Source: Candidatus Thermosaccharophagus gerlachensis (GTDB lineage: Bacteria > Armatimonadota > Fervidibacteria > Fervidibacterales > Thermosaccharophagaceae). Taken from it: a stretch of 64,000 nt of DNA. The notes below the pieces were generated by a model that saw only the letters and a program-made list of their open reading frames with translations, searched no databases and was not told the DNA's origin. The stretch lies in assembly GCA_041538025.1 (NCBI GenBank), contig JBGOEV010000008.1:2944-66943 (forward strand), given 5' to 3'. Shown piece after piece: positions 27,240 through 37,393 of this stretch; within the stretch, counting starts at the first letter, position 1, and the number at the start of each line of letters is the position of its first letter. The position numbers and the translations under genes are program-made.

Positions 27240-29087
27240 TCATCGCATAGCTCTTACCACAGACCTTGCAACCCAAAGTAGCAATTTTGGTATTGCGATG
27301 AGACGCTTAAACCTGTGTGGCTCCTTTATCGCCCTATATAGCCATTCCATGCAAATATGCTGAACCCACCTTGGTGCACGCTTTACAACACCGGCATAAA
27401 CATCAAAGCTCCCGCCAACCCCTATGCATACAGGGACATTAAGGTCATGCAAGTGCTTTGCTATCCATTTTTCCTGCTTCGGAATCCCCATAGCGACAAA
27501 AAGGATGTGTGGTTTACTTTGTCGGATGAGCTGGACTACCTTTTCTTCCTCAGCCTCGCTGAAGTAGCCATGATGTGTCCCAACGATTTTTAAACCACGA
27601 TGTTTTTCAGAAAGCCTTTTCGCTGCCAACTCGGCGACACCTTCTTTAGCACCAAGTAGAAATACACGGTAGCCATTTGCAGCAGCCATTGCACAAAGCT
27701 TGTCCATCAGTTCAACACCGCAGATGCGTTGTGCCAAGCTGTAGCCTAAAAGACGCGCAGCTATGACTACTCCAATCCCGTCAGGTGTGACAAGTGAGGC
27801 GTTCTTAAGGATGTGCTTAAACTCATCATCTTCCTGAGCACGCACGAGCGCCGATGTGTCAGCCGTTACAATGATGTTCGGTCTCCCACTGGATATGAGT
27901 TGCTCAATGTGCTTGAGCGTCTCATCCCAATCAAGGGTGCTAATTGGTATCCCAAGGAGCTCAATGAAGGTTTCCCTTGGTCGTGATTTCTGGGAGAGCA
28001 GTCTCGTTGAAACATAAACGAGCATGACAGCAAAAGAAGCAAGCGAAGCCAAGATGATCAACTTGAGGATAAAGTAAATCTGCACAAGCGCCACAAGAGC
28101 TATTGCAATAAGACAGAGGTAAGAGTTGGCGAGTATAAGGACAAACCAAAGCCTCCTCTCAGCGAGCCCTTCTGATGCAAGCAGTTCAAACAAGCTTATG
28201 CGCCTCTTGAGTTGTTTGCCTGAAGCCACCTCGCACAGAGCGCATGTAGCCTCAACAACGGGTATTCCAAGGACGAGCATAGGGACAACCACAAGCAACA
28301 TAGCAGTATTCTTGAGCGCTCCAGAAACGCTTATAGCACTTGTTAGCACACCAATGGAGCTTGATGCTGCAAATGTTATGAAATCTTGCCCAGCTATCAT
28401 TGCCCATGGTAGCATACCTAAACATGCACCGAAAGTAGTGCCAGATAATACTACCGAGACCTGTGATGTGCGCTGTGGCAACATCAAAGCAGCAAAAGCA
28501 AGCGTGAGCGACGAGAGAGCACCAATACCAAGCGAAAGACACCAAACTCGCGCTGTCATCTGGAAGGCTACTATGAGCAGTGTCATCCAAAACGTTGTTA
28601 TTGGAACTGCAAGGAAGCCAAGGTTTACAAACGTCGTCGTGAAAGGCATCTTAATGGTATCAAAGGCGATGCCATGCAAAACCATAATGAAAGCACATAC
28701 CGCTGCAATGAGAATGCGAAGCATAAGCACTGTGTTCTTTTTCGCCCTTCTTGAAAGAGCAAGCACAGCCCACCCACCAATCATCGCTATAAGCAAAGAA
28801 ACAGCGCATCCGATGAACATCCTGTAAACATGCTTTTGACCGAACGAAAGATAAATGTAGCTCGCCACAAAGACTGGGATAGCAAGTGAGGAAGAGACTG
28901 CGAGATCACCACAAAACGATTTGAGCCAGTTTGGCTTCTTGTATTCGGGCAGATGAGAGATGGTGTATATTAAACCACCAAATAGCATCGCTAACACGAA
29001 TGCCATCGCTCCAATGAGGAAAGCAAATTGCTTTGCCTCATTCAGCACTGCTTGAGAAAGCTCGCAAGGAGCCATTTCCTTACTCAC
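27240..29087 (-). CDS. fusion protein: polytopic membrane domain (degenerate MraY/WecA/TagO-like) plus WecB/TagA/CpsF family glycosyltransferase (GT26)
   Basis: The C-terminal ~240 aa carry LLGIPISTLDWDETL, VTPDGIGVV, VFLLGAKEGVAE, ILFVAMGIPKQEKW and GVGGSFDVYAGVVKRAPRW. The N-terminal ~370 aa have about 10 hydrophobic helices. Confidence 0.75.
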   Translation of the reverse strand: MSKEMAPCELSQAVLNEAKQFAFLIGAMAFVLAMLFGGLIYTISHLPEYKKPNWLKSFCGDLAVSSSLAIPVFVASYIYLSFGQKHVYRMFIGCAVSLLIAMIGGWAVLALSRRAKKNTVLMLRILIAAVCAFIMVLHGIAFDTIKMPFTTTFVNLGFLAVPITTFWMTLLIVAFQMTARVWCLSLGIGALSSLTLAFAALMLPQRTSQVSVVLSGTTFGACLGMLPWAMIAGQDFITFAASSSIGVLTSAISVSGALKNTAMLLVVVPMLVLGIPVVEATCALCEVASGKQLKRRISLFELLASEGLAERRLWFVLILANSYLCLIAIALVALVQIYFILKLIILASLASFAVMLVYVSTRLLSQKSRPRETFIELLGIPISTLDWDETLKHIEQLISSGRPNIIVTADTSALVRAQEDDEFKHILKNASLVTPDGIGVVIAARLLGYSLAQRICGVELMDKLCAMAAANGYRVFLLGAKEGVAELAAKRLSEKHRGLKIVGTHHGYFSEAEEEKVVQLIRQSKPHILFVAMGIPKQEKWIAKHLHDLNVPVCIGVGGSFDVYAGVVKRAPRWVQHICMEWLYRAIKEPHRFKRLIAIPKLLLWVARSVVRAMR

Positions 29088-29103
29088 AACCCTTTGAGCA
29101 ATG

Positions 29104-30366
<1,263 letters not shown>

Positions 30367-31863
30367 TCACCTCCCAATCTTCCATGTGGGTATTGGTGCG
30401 CCATCAATCCGCCACTCATGCTTTAACTCAATGCTACCACCACTGACATTGTATAAGTGGCTATACGCTTCGTAGTGGAACGGTTTATTCGGTTGTGGCA
30501 TACCCCTTGTTGCTATGAAGTAACGCACACCTTTATCACGAATGTAATCAATGAACCTACCATGCAAAAGGTATTCCTGATACTCATAGCTGTTGATAAG
30601 CCCATCAAGGTTGATGACACGCCTTTGAGAGAAGTAACCGATGATGCCAGCATCTTCAGCGATGCAAACTGCATCAGGTTCTGTGTTCGCCTTGAGCCAC
30701 ATAGCCTGCTTGTATAGCGTCCGCAAACCAGCATGACGAGATGGCAGAAACAGTTTGCTCATAGCAATCGCAACCAGCAAAGCACACAGCACTACTATGC
30801 ACGCATCCAGCAAATGACTTCTCTGGAGAAGCGAAAGAAGCAAGGGGATGTTTAAAGAAGCTATAGCGAGTGGCAACGCGAAATACCACGGGAAGACACC
30901 CCAGTCTTGAAGGAAAGCCGAATAGCACGCATGCAAGAGAACATACAAATTGAAGGTGAGCAATGGTAAATGTAAGCCCTTGAACTTTACTTTCACAGCA
31001 CCATACATGATCATGTAGGCGATTGAGAGGACAAGCGGTATAGCCATCCTTACAAGGACTGGCTTTATCAGAAGATGCCTTGGGATGAAGACAACATTTG
31101 GGAATGCACTCTTCAGTGCACCGCTTATTGGCATCAAGTGCCCAAAGTGAACGTAATTCCAAATCAGGTATGGCACGAGCAAGACAGCGTAAGCGACGGT
31201 CACGGTTAAAAGCTTGGCGATGCTTAACCGATTTCTCTGAAACACAAGGACAGCAATGTAAGAGATGAAGATGAAAACTGAATCGAGCCTTGAAAGAGTT
31301 ACCAGCGAGAGTAGCAAGGCAAAAAGGACATCGTCAATGCTTACTTTTTGCGATTCAAAGACGATGTGCCTGCTTACGGAGAACCTTACGGCAAGCAAGG
31401 AGAGCAAAACCAGCAAGTGGCTTTCAAGCGCATAAAATCCAGCAAGCCCAACAAAAGCATAAACCAGCATCGGCGCAATTATTGAAAGTGGCTTTGATAC
31501 AAATCGCTTCATCACATCAAACGAAAGCCACATTGAAAGCGAAAGCATTATGACTTGAAGCGTTAAAACGATACGCAACGGCTCTTCAACACCGCCAACC
31601 AAGCTGTAAATTGGAATGAGGATGAGCATCCAAAGAGGATGGTAGCCATTTGTGAAATTGATACGGTCAAATGTTGAACCATACCCACGAGCGATGTTGA
31701 GGGCAGTGTTGAGGTAATAGTAAGCGTCGTCTGGCGTGAACCGCTCTATCACATAAGGGATCGGCTTCCACATTGAAACAAGCAATGGTAGGCACAGGAA
31801 AACAATCAGCAGAATACAGAGAGATGTTAAACTGGCTTGTTCTGATGCGCTGTTCTTTTCCAT
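30367..31863 (-). CDS. GT-C-like polytopic membrane protein (putative glycosyltransferase), paralog of 62289..63962
   Basis: About 12 hydrophobic helices. The first loop reads TPDDAYYYLNTALNIARGYG ... TNGYHPLW, and the C-terminal soluble tail has RRVINLDGLIN. The stop lies inside the ahcY SD. Confidence 0.55.
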   Translation of the reverse strand: MEKNSASEQASLTSLCILLIVFLCLPLLVSMWKPIPYVIERFTPDDAYYYLNTALNIARGYGSTFDRINFTNGYHPLWMLILIPIYSLVGGVEEPLRIVLTLQVIMLSLSMWLSFDVMKRFVSKPLSIIAPMLVYAFVGLAGFYALESHLLVLLSLLAVRFSVSRHIVFESQKVSIDDVLFALLLSLVTLSRLDSVFIFISYIAVLVFQRNRLSIAKLLTVTVAYAVLLVPYLIWNYVHFGHLMPISGALKSAFPNVVFIPRHLLIKPVLVRMAIPLVLSIAYMIMYGAVKVKFKGLHLPLLTFNLYVLLHACYSAFLQDWGVFPWYFALPLAIASLNIPLLLSLLQRSHLLDACIVVLCALLVAIAMSKLFLPSRHAGLRTLYKQAMWLKANTEPDAVCIAEDAGIIGYFSQRRVINLDGLINSYEYQEYLLHGRFIDYIRDKGVRYFIATRGMPQPNKPFHYEAYSHLYNVSGGSIELKHEWRIDGAPIPTWKIGR

Positions 31864-31886
31864 CTCCGTTTGCTGAGCAAGCCCCC

Positions 31887-33419
31887 TCAGATAAGCTTAT
31901 GCTTGATCACTTTGCCAGCAGGGTTTCGTGGCAGTTGTTCTCTGAACTCAACTATGTGCGGCACTTTGTAGCTTGGAAGTATGGATGCACAGTGCTTTTT
32001 TATATCTGCTTCTGTGAGCCTCACCCCAGGCTTCGTGACAACGACAGCTTTTATCAACTCCCCAAGGTATGACAGTGCACCTTTAGCTGGGACTCCTACA
32101 ACTGCTACATCCATGACACCATCATGTGACAATATAGCGTTCTCAACCTCAAGGGCGTATACATTCTCACCAGCAACGATTATCATGTCTTTCTTTCGCC
32201 CTTTCAGGTAGACATAACCATCTTCATCTATGCAAGCCAAATCACCCGTCTTGAACCAGTCACCTAACATTGCCTCACGCATTAGTTCGGGTTGATTCCA
32301 ATAGCCTTTAACAACATTGTGCTTGTGGAAACAAAGCTCGCCAACCTCACCAACTTGCACGTCGTTACCGTTTTCATCAATGATGCGCTGCCACACTTCT
32401 GGTAGGACTTTGCCTATTGATTCAGGGCGTGTCAAAGCGTCCTTGTTTGGCAAGACATGAGTCATTGATATCGTCTCTGTCAAGCCAAAGAAGTTATGAA
32501 GCCACACCCATGGGAATTTCTCCCTCAGCCTCCTTATCGTTTGAGGTGGCATTGGAGCACCAGCATAAGCAATTAACCTTAGGCTTGTAAGGTCATGCTT
32601 CTCAAGCTCTCTGTATGTGGTGAGGAAGTAGAAGAGAGTGGGGACACCAAAAAATGTTGTGCACCTGTGCCTCTCAATAAGCTCAACTATCTCTGGTATC
32701 TCAGGGCGCGGTGCTATGACAACTGTGCTACCAAGGTATGCAGAAGCAGGGAGCATACTGTAAAGCGCAGTAGCATGAAACATTGGCACAACAAGTAAAT
32801 GAACATCTTCATGACGCCAACTGTGCGCTATTATCGCCATGCGTATGTTGAAGAGTATGTTGCTGTGTGTAACCATTGCACCTTTAGGGCGCCCAGTAGT
32901 CCCAGATGTGTGCATGATAATAACAAGCTGCTCAGGGTCAATCTCTGTGTAAGTTGGCTCACCTTCATAGTTGAGCAATTCTTCGAAGTTGACTGCATCA
33001 GTTTCTTCAAAGCCGATTGTAACAAGCTTTGGTGCTTTCCTCATGTTGCTCACAGCTTTGAGTGCTGTATCCTTTACACTTGCGTGGATGCAGAAAACGA
33101 GTGGGTCTATATTTTCAAGCATGAAAAGCATGTCATCGCTCGTCAGACGAGTGTTCACTGGGACGACAACGCCTCCACCCTTGACTATGCCCCAGTAAAG
33201 CAAAAAGAACTCAAGGCAGTTTGGGGCACATATAGCTATGCGATCTTCAGAGCCCATACCAAAACGCCTCTGCAAATATGCGCATATCCTGTCTGTGACT
33301 TCATCAACCTGAGCGAACGAGTATTCACGACCATGCCAAATGACGCATGTCTTCCTCGGGAAGTTACGCATGTTGTTGACCCAAAGGTCTCTCACATTTT
33401 TAAGCGCAATACCGTCCAT
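31887..33419 (-). CDS. AMP-dependent acyl-CoA synthetase/ligase (adenylate-forming enzyme)
   Basis: Motifs: IMHTSGTTGRPKGAMVTH, FFGLTE, WFKTGDLACIDEDGYVYLKGRKKDMI, and PRNPAGKV. Confidence 0.85.
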   Translation of the reverse strand: MDGIALKNVRDLWVNNMRNFPRKTCVIWHGREYSFAQVDEVTDRICAYLQRRFGMGSEDRIAICAPNCLEFFLLYWGIVKGGGVVVPVNTRLTSDDMLFMLENIDPLVFCIHASVKDTALKAVSNMRKAPKLVTIGFEETDAVNFEELLNYEGEPTYTEIDPEQLVIIMHTSGTTGRPKGAMVTHSNILFNIRMAIIAHSWRHEDVHLLVVPMFHATALYSMLPASAYLGSTVVIAPRPEIPEIVELIERHRCTTFFGVPTLFYFLTTYRELEKHDLTSLRLIAYAGAPMPPQTIRRLREKFPWVWLHNFFGLTETISMTHVLPNKDALTRPESIGKVLPEVWQRIIDENGNDVQVGEVGELCFHKHNVVKGYWNQPELMREAMLGDWFKTGDLACIDEDGYVYLKGRKKDMIIVAGENVYALEVENAILSHDGVMDVAVVGVPAKGALSYLGELIKAVVVTKPGVRLTEADIKKHCASILPSYKVPHIVEFREQLPRNPAGKVIKHKLI

Positions 33420-33447
33420 TCAAATCACCTCTCCGCCAAGTTATAAT
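33419..33447 (+). promoter_or_regulatory. sigma-70-like promoter (TTCAAA - 17 nt - TATAAT) for the ABC ATPase gene
   Basis: Hexamers at 33419-33424 and 33442-33447 in the divergent intergenic region. Confidence 0.3.
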
Positions 33448-33519
33448 CCCAACATTGGTATGATGCCACTTTGGAGCAATAAGCGTATGCCGTTTAAAAA
33501 TGCCGAGGCGGTGAGCACA

Positions 33520-34290
33520 ATGTCATCTTGTAGCAAAGACAAATCGCACGATGTTGCTATACGAGTCAAAGGGTTGCGCAAAGTCTTCGTAAGCTATTTT
33601 GATCGTCCAGCAACGTTCAAAGAGATGGTGGTGCGTTTTGGGAGAATTCGTCCAGCGGAGGTTGTAGCATTAAACAATGTCTCCTTTGAAATAAGCAAAG
33701 GTGAAAGCGTGGCTATAATCGGTCCGAACGGGAGTGGTAAAACAACATTGCTTGCAACAATAGCTGGCATATACAAACCTACAAGTGGTGTATGTGAAGT
33801 CTTCGGGAAAGCCGTTGCGATGCTCGGTGTGGCTGGTGGCTTTCATCCAGAGCTAACAGTGTATGAGAACTTGCTCTTCGTAGGCATCTCAATGGGTATG
33901 AGCATAGCTGAAGTAAACCAGAAGCTTAACAGCATAATTGAGTTTGCCCAAATTGAGGGTATGCTTAATGCGCCTGTGAGAACACTTTCCACAGGGATGT
34001 GCATACGGCTTGGCTTTTCTCTCGGCATACACGCTTCGCCTCAGATACTCCTCTTGGATGAGCAGTTGCAAGCTACAGATGAGCATTTCCAAAGCAAAGC
34101 CTTGAAGAAGTTGCACGAGATGCACGAGATGGGAGTTACAATCCTCTTTGTGACGCACTACATGCCATGGGTTAGAAGCCTCGCATCAAGGGCTATATGG
34201 CTTGAGCATGGGGAAGTGCGCATGGACGGTCCACCAAACGATGTTGTGGATGCATACATCAAAGCTTCGCATTCACTCAAGGGCGCATAA
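33520..34290 (+). CDS. ABC transporter ATP-binding protein (polysaccharide/teichoic-acid exporter Wzt/TagH-like)
   Basis: Walker A GPNGSGKTT, signature LSTGMCIRL, Walker B ILLLDE, and HYM switch. The track ORF start (33340) overlaps the divergent ligase gene. I trimmed it to ATG 33520 (alternatives 33460 and 33487). Confidence 0.8.
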   Translation: MSSCSKDKSHDVAIRVKGLRKVFVSYFDRPATFKEMVVRFGRIRPAEVVALNNVSFEISKGESVAIIGPNGSGKTTLLATIAGIYKPTSGVCEVFGKAVAMLGVAGGFHPELTVYENLLFVGISMGMSIAEVNQKLNSIIEFAQIEGMLNAPVRTLSTGMCIRLGFSLGIHASPQILLLDEQLQATDEHFQSKALKKLHEMHEMGVTILFVTHYMPWVRSLASRAIWLEHGEVRMDGPPNDVVDAYIKASHSLKGA

Positions 34291-34383
34291 AAGTGTGCGA
34301 CAAATGGACAGCGTAACGAAACGATGCGCATCGGGAGCTCTTGAAGCACTTGGCATCGCTCACTTCATTTCAGAGGACACAGC

Positions 34384-34428
34384 ATGAACGAGAACAAGCC
34401 AACTGTGTCGGTCATCGTTACGACATAG
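34384..34428 (+). pseudogene. 14-codon stub resembling the N-terminus of a family-2 glycosyltransferase
   Basis: ATG...TAG encodes MNENKPTVSVIVTT, the typical GT2 opening strand (K-P-x-V-S-V-I-V/I-P/T-T). It stops 44 nt before the tRNA-Ser genes. Confidence 0.3.
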
Positions 34429-34471
34429 GAATGCTTCTTAGGATGCTTCACATCTGATGGTTCATCTCATG

Positions 34472-34564
34472 CGGAGTGGGCGGGATTCGAACCCGCGAGG
34501 GACGGTATTCTCCGCCCCTACGGCTTTTCCAGAGCCGCCCCTTCGTCCACTCGGGCACCACTCC
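34472..34564 (-). tRNA. tRNA-Ser (anticodon GGA)
   Basis: Hand-folded class II tRNA: GGAGTGG acceptor, CGGCT-CTGGAAA-AGCCG anticodon arm, long variable arm, GCGGG-TTCGAAT-CCCGC T arm. Confidence 0.9.
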
Positions 34565-34575
34565 ATTTTCATGAG

Positions 34576-34670
34576 CGGAGAGGGGGGGATTTGAACCCCC
34601 GAGGGATGGTTTTTGCCACCCCTACGCGATTTCGAGTCGCGCCCCTTCAACCAGGCTCGGGCACCTCTCC
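34576..34670 (-). tRNA. tRNA-Ser (anticodon CGA)
   Basis: Hand-folded class II tRNA: GGAGAGG acceptor, CGCGA-CTCGAAA-TCGCG anticodon arm, long variable arm, GGGGG-TTCAAAT-CCCCC T arm. It lies 11 nt from the other tRNA-Ser. Confidence 0.9.
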
Positions 34671-34715
34671 AATTAACCAAGTTTAACGCAACCAGACAGG
34701 ACGAGAAGCCCGTTT

Positions 34716-35537
34716 CTAAGCTTCAACGATTGCCTTCATCTTTTCAAGCCCGATCCGCGCAACCTCCATTGGGTCCTTCTCCCAGAGCGCCCTGTTGAAC
34801 AGCTCAAGCGATATTGCACCACTGTAGCCTCGCTTCATAACCTCTTCAACAGTCTGCCGAAGTGGCAATATGCCGTCACCAGGGTAGATTCTATCGGCAT
34901 CGGTGAGTTTTTCCCTCGGTATCTCTGCTGGCACATCATTGAAGTGGAATATGGCAATAAACTGACCAGTCAGATCTGGCACATCCTCAAGCGATGAACC
35001 ACCTCTGTAAAGGTGAAATGTGTCAAGCACAATTGAGCCATCACTTGCTTTTGAGAGCTTCACTATATCCCATGCTTGCCCAACTTTACTTACGACCTCA
35101 GAAAAGCCAAGGAACTCAACAGCAGGCAGAACACCTATACCCCTGCCAAGCTCAAGCAACTGGAGGTATCTCTCAGCAGCAGCCGAAGGATCAAACGGAA
35201 CTTCACTACGAACAGGCGGTGTTGCAACGATGTGCTTTGCACCAACTTCTGCTGCCTGCTCCATGCGCCTTTTGGCTTCATCAATTGCTTTTCTGTATTC
35301 GTCGCCCGATGTTGTCATCCAGTTGTGGATGGCTATGACGCTTGGAACACTCAAGTTATAATCAGACAACGCCTTAGCTATATCGCTCATCTTTCCACCA
35401 GAGCGGATGTATTCATCCATCTCGTCGTTCCAGAGCTCAATAGCGTCGTAACCGCATTCTCCAGCTATGCGTATCTTATCAAGCAACTTTGCTTGGCGTA
35501 TCGTGCTTGTGTTGAGACAGTATGCCAAACGCTGCAT
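34716..35537 (-). CDS. sugar phosphate isomerase/epimerase (xylose-isomerase-like TIM barrel)
   Basis: Motifs: CGYDAIELW, HIVATPP, LDTFHLY, IFHFNDVP, and ISLELF. The start is at ATG 35537 behind AGGAGGTGA (track start 35588). Confidence 0.8.
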   Translation of the reverse strand: MQRLAYCLNTSTIRQAKLLDKIRIAGECGYDAIELWNDEMDEYIRSGGKMSDIAKALSDYNLSVPSVIAIHNWMTTSGDEYRKAIDEAKRRMEQAAEVGAKHIVATPPVRSEVPFDPSAAAERYLQLLELGRGIGVLPAVEFLGFSEVVSKVGQAWDIVKLSKASDGSIVLDTFHLYRGGSSLEDVPDLTGQFIAIFHFNDVPAEIPREKLTDADRIYPGDGILPLRQTVEEVMKRGYSGAISLELFNRALWEKDPMEVARIGLEKMKAIVEA

Positions 35538-35553
35538 TACCGATCTCACCTCC

Positions 35554-36165
35554 TTACTTGGAACGAGATTCACGCTCCAGCCACTCACTTAACAGTTGCC
35601 TCTGCTCAGCTTCATCCAGCCTCGGCTTGTCATACATCCCAACGCTTCTTCGCTGTTTAAGCGCTTCATACAAGATGACAGCGACCGAGGCAGATACATT
35701 GAGGCTTTGCGAGAAACCCATCTGCGGTATAACTATGCGCTCGTCAGCAAAGCGCAAAGCTGTTTCCGAGACACCATGCTGTTCATTCCCAAAAACGATT
35801 GCTACAGGACGCGTGTAATCAACCTCAGTGAAATCCTTTGCAGTCACATCAATGTGCGTGCAATAGATCAAATAACCAAGCGACTTAAGTTCACACAGAC
35901 ATTCCTCAGTTGATGTGTGGATTATCATCGTGATCCATTGCTGTGCACCTTTGCTTATGCTTGGGTCAAGCACAAGCGGTTTCAAACCGGTGTAAATCAC
36001 ATGCACATACTGCACACCTACGCTATCACAAGTTCGCATTATCGCCGATATGTTGCGCGGGTTACGAATCTCTTCGAGCACCACCCTCAAGTCCGTTTGG
36101 CGCTTCTTCAGCACCTCTACCATCTTGCGCATTCTTTCCTCGGTGACCCGTTGACACATGCTCAC
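35554..36165 (-). CDS. TrmH family tRNA/rRNA 2'-O-methyltransferase
   Basis: SpoU motifs LEEIRNPRNISAIMRTCDSVG, VFGNEQHGVS and QSLNVSASVAVILYE. Confidence 0.8.
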   Translation of the reverse strand: MSMCQRVTEERMRKMVEVLKKRQTDLRVVLEEIRNPRNISAIMRTCDSVGVQYVHVIYTGLKPLVLDPSISKGAQQWITMIIHTSTEECLCELKSLGYLIYCTHIDVTAKDFTEVDYTRPVAIVFGNEQHGVSETALRFADERIVIPQMGFSQSLNVSASVAVILYEALKQRRSVGMYDKPRLDEAEQRQLLSEWLERESRSK

Positions 36166-36193
36166 ACCACTCCAGATGTGGCTTCAAGAAACT

Positions 36194-37210
36194 CTACCGT
36201 TCAACTAATGGAATGGCTACTGGCTTCTTGGTTTCAATTGACATATAGGCAGCCTCAGCAAGCTCAACAGCAGCCATGCCATCGTAACCAGTTATCTCTG
36301 GTTCCCTTCCTTCCCTTATTGCGCTTATGAATTCGTTTAACTCCTGCCAGACTGGCGAATGAGGGAATCGCTCCGAAAGCTCGTCCATGCTTATGCTCCT
36401 TTCCTCACCGTCTGCAGTTCTCACCACCATCTTAGCTCCTTCGCCCCAAAATGATGGGAGCAGTATTGAACCTTTGGTGCAATCAACACGACATCCATAA
36501 CCGCCAATCGCCGAGACTTGGCTTGAATGTAATAAACCGATAGCACCACTTCGGTAGCTCAATGATACGAAAGCGCAATCTGGGTAGTCCCAATCACTGT
36601 GCACATAGTTTCCGCCATGTGCAAAGACACACTCAACTTCACCGCCCACCCACCGCATGAAATCCAACTCGTGCGTGTTTATCTCCATTAAGGCACCACC
36701 AGACTGTGCCCTTGACTTGCGCCAAGGAACATCCCAAACACCACTAAAGCCTCCTCCAACCCTGTAAACGAAAAGCGAGATAAGTTCCCCGAGCCTCCCA
36801 GAAGCTACATTTTCTTTGACAGCCCTATGGAGAGGATAATATCTACACACTTGACCTATCATGAGCTTAACACCGTTGCGCTCGCAAGCTCTAATCATCT
36901 CAAGGCAATCGGAGGTGGTCGGAGCCATCGGCTTTTCACAAAAGATGTGTTTCTTAGCCTCTGCAGCTGTGATAGTTAATTCCTTGTGAGTGAATGGTGG
37001 TGTAGCTATAACAACTGCATCAATTTCAGGATGCGTCACAAAAGCTATCGGGTCCGAGTATGCTGGCACACCATAGCTGTTTGCAAGCTCCATTGCCCTC
37101 TCCTGTGACACATCACAGAAGCCCACAATCTTTGCCCCCTCAACTTTTGCAAGCTCAGATGCAAGCGAACGCCCCATCGCTCCACACCCAACTATGCCAA
37201 CCTTGATCAT
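36194..37210 (-). CDS. Gfo/Idh/MocA family oxidoreductase (no signal peptide)
   Basis: Motifs: IKVGIVGCGAMGRS and CEKPMA. ATG 37210 lies 8 nt after AGGAGGTGA. The track start GTG 37222 is part of that SD. Confidence 0.85.
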   Translation of the reverse strand: MIKVGIVGCGAMGRSLASELAKVEGAKIVGFCDVSQERAMELANSYGVPAYSDPIAFVTHPEIDAVVIATPPFTHKELTITAAEAKKHIFCEKPMAPTTSDCLEMIRACERNGVKLMIGQVCRYYPLHRAVKENVASGRLGELISLFVYRVGGGFSGVWDVPWRKSRAQSGGALMEINTHELDFMRWVGGEVECVFAHGGNYVHSDWDYPDCAFVSLSYRSGAIGLLHSSQVSAIGGYGCRVDCTKGSILLPSFWGEGAKMVVRTADGEERSISMDELSERFPHSPVWQELNEFISAIREGREPEITGYDGMAAVELAEAAYMSIETKKPVAIPLVER

Positions 37211-37393
37211 ATTGCTTTTCACCTCCTAAGCGAGTAACCTGCTTGCAATATTGTCGCATAGAACAATTATAGCGGGTAAGGACCGCGAGCAGGAATGCCT
37301 TAACAAAATGAGGGCATAAACATGAACAAGCTTTCCATCTTGTATCGTCATTTGCTGTAACTTTTACTTCGGCTTTTATCAATGCTTGCCATC

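Noticed and set aside
33340-33519. N-terminal extension of the ABC ATPase ORF
   Set aside because: It overlaps the divergent acyl-CoA ligase start, and a TATAAT box lies inside it. ABC-like sequence starts after 33520.
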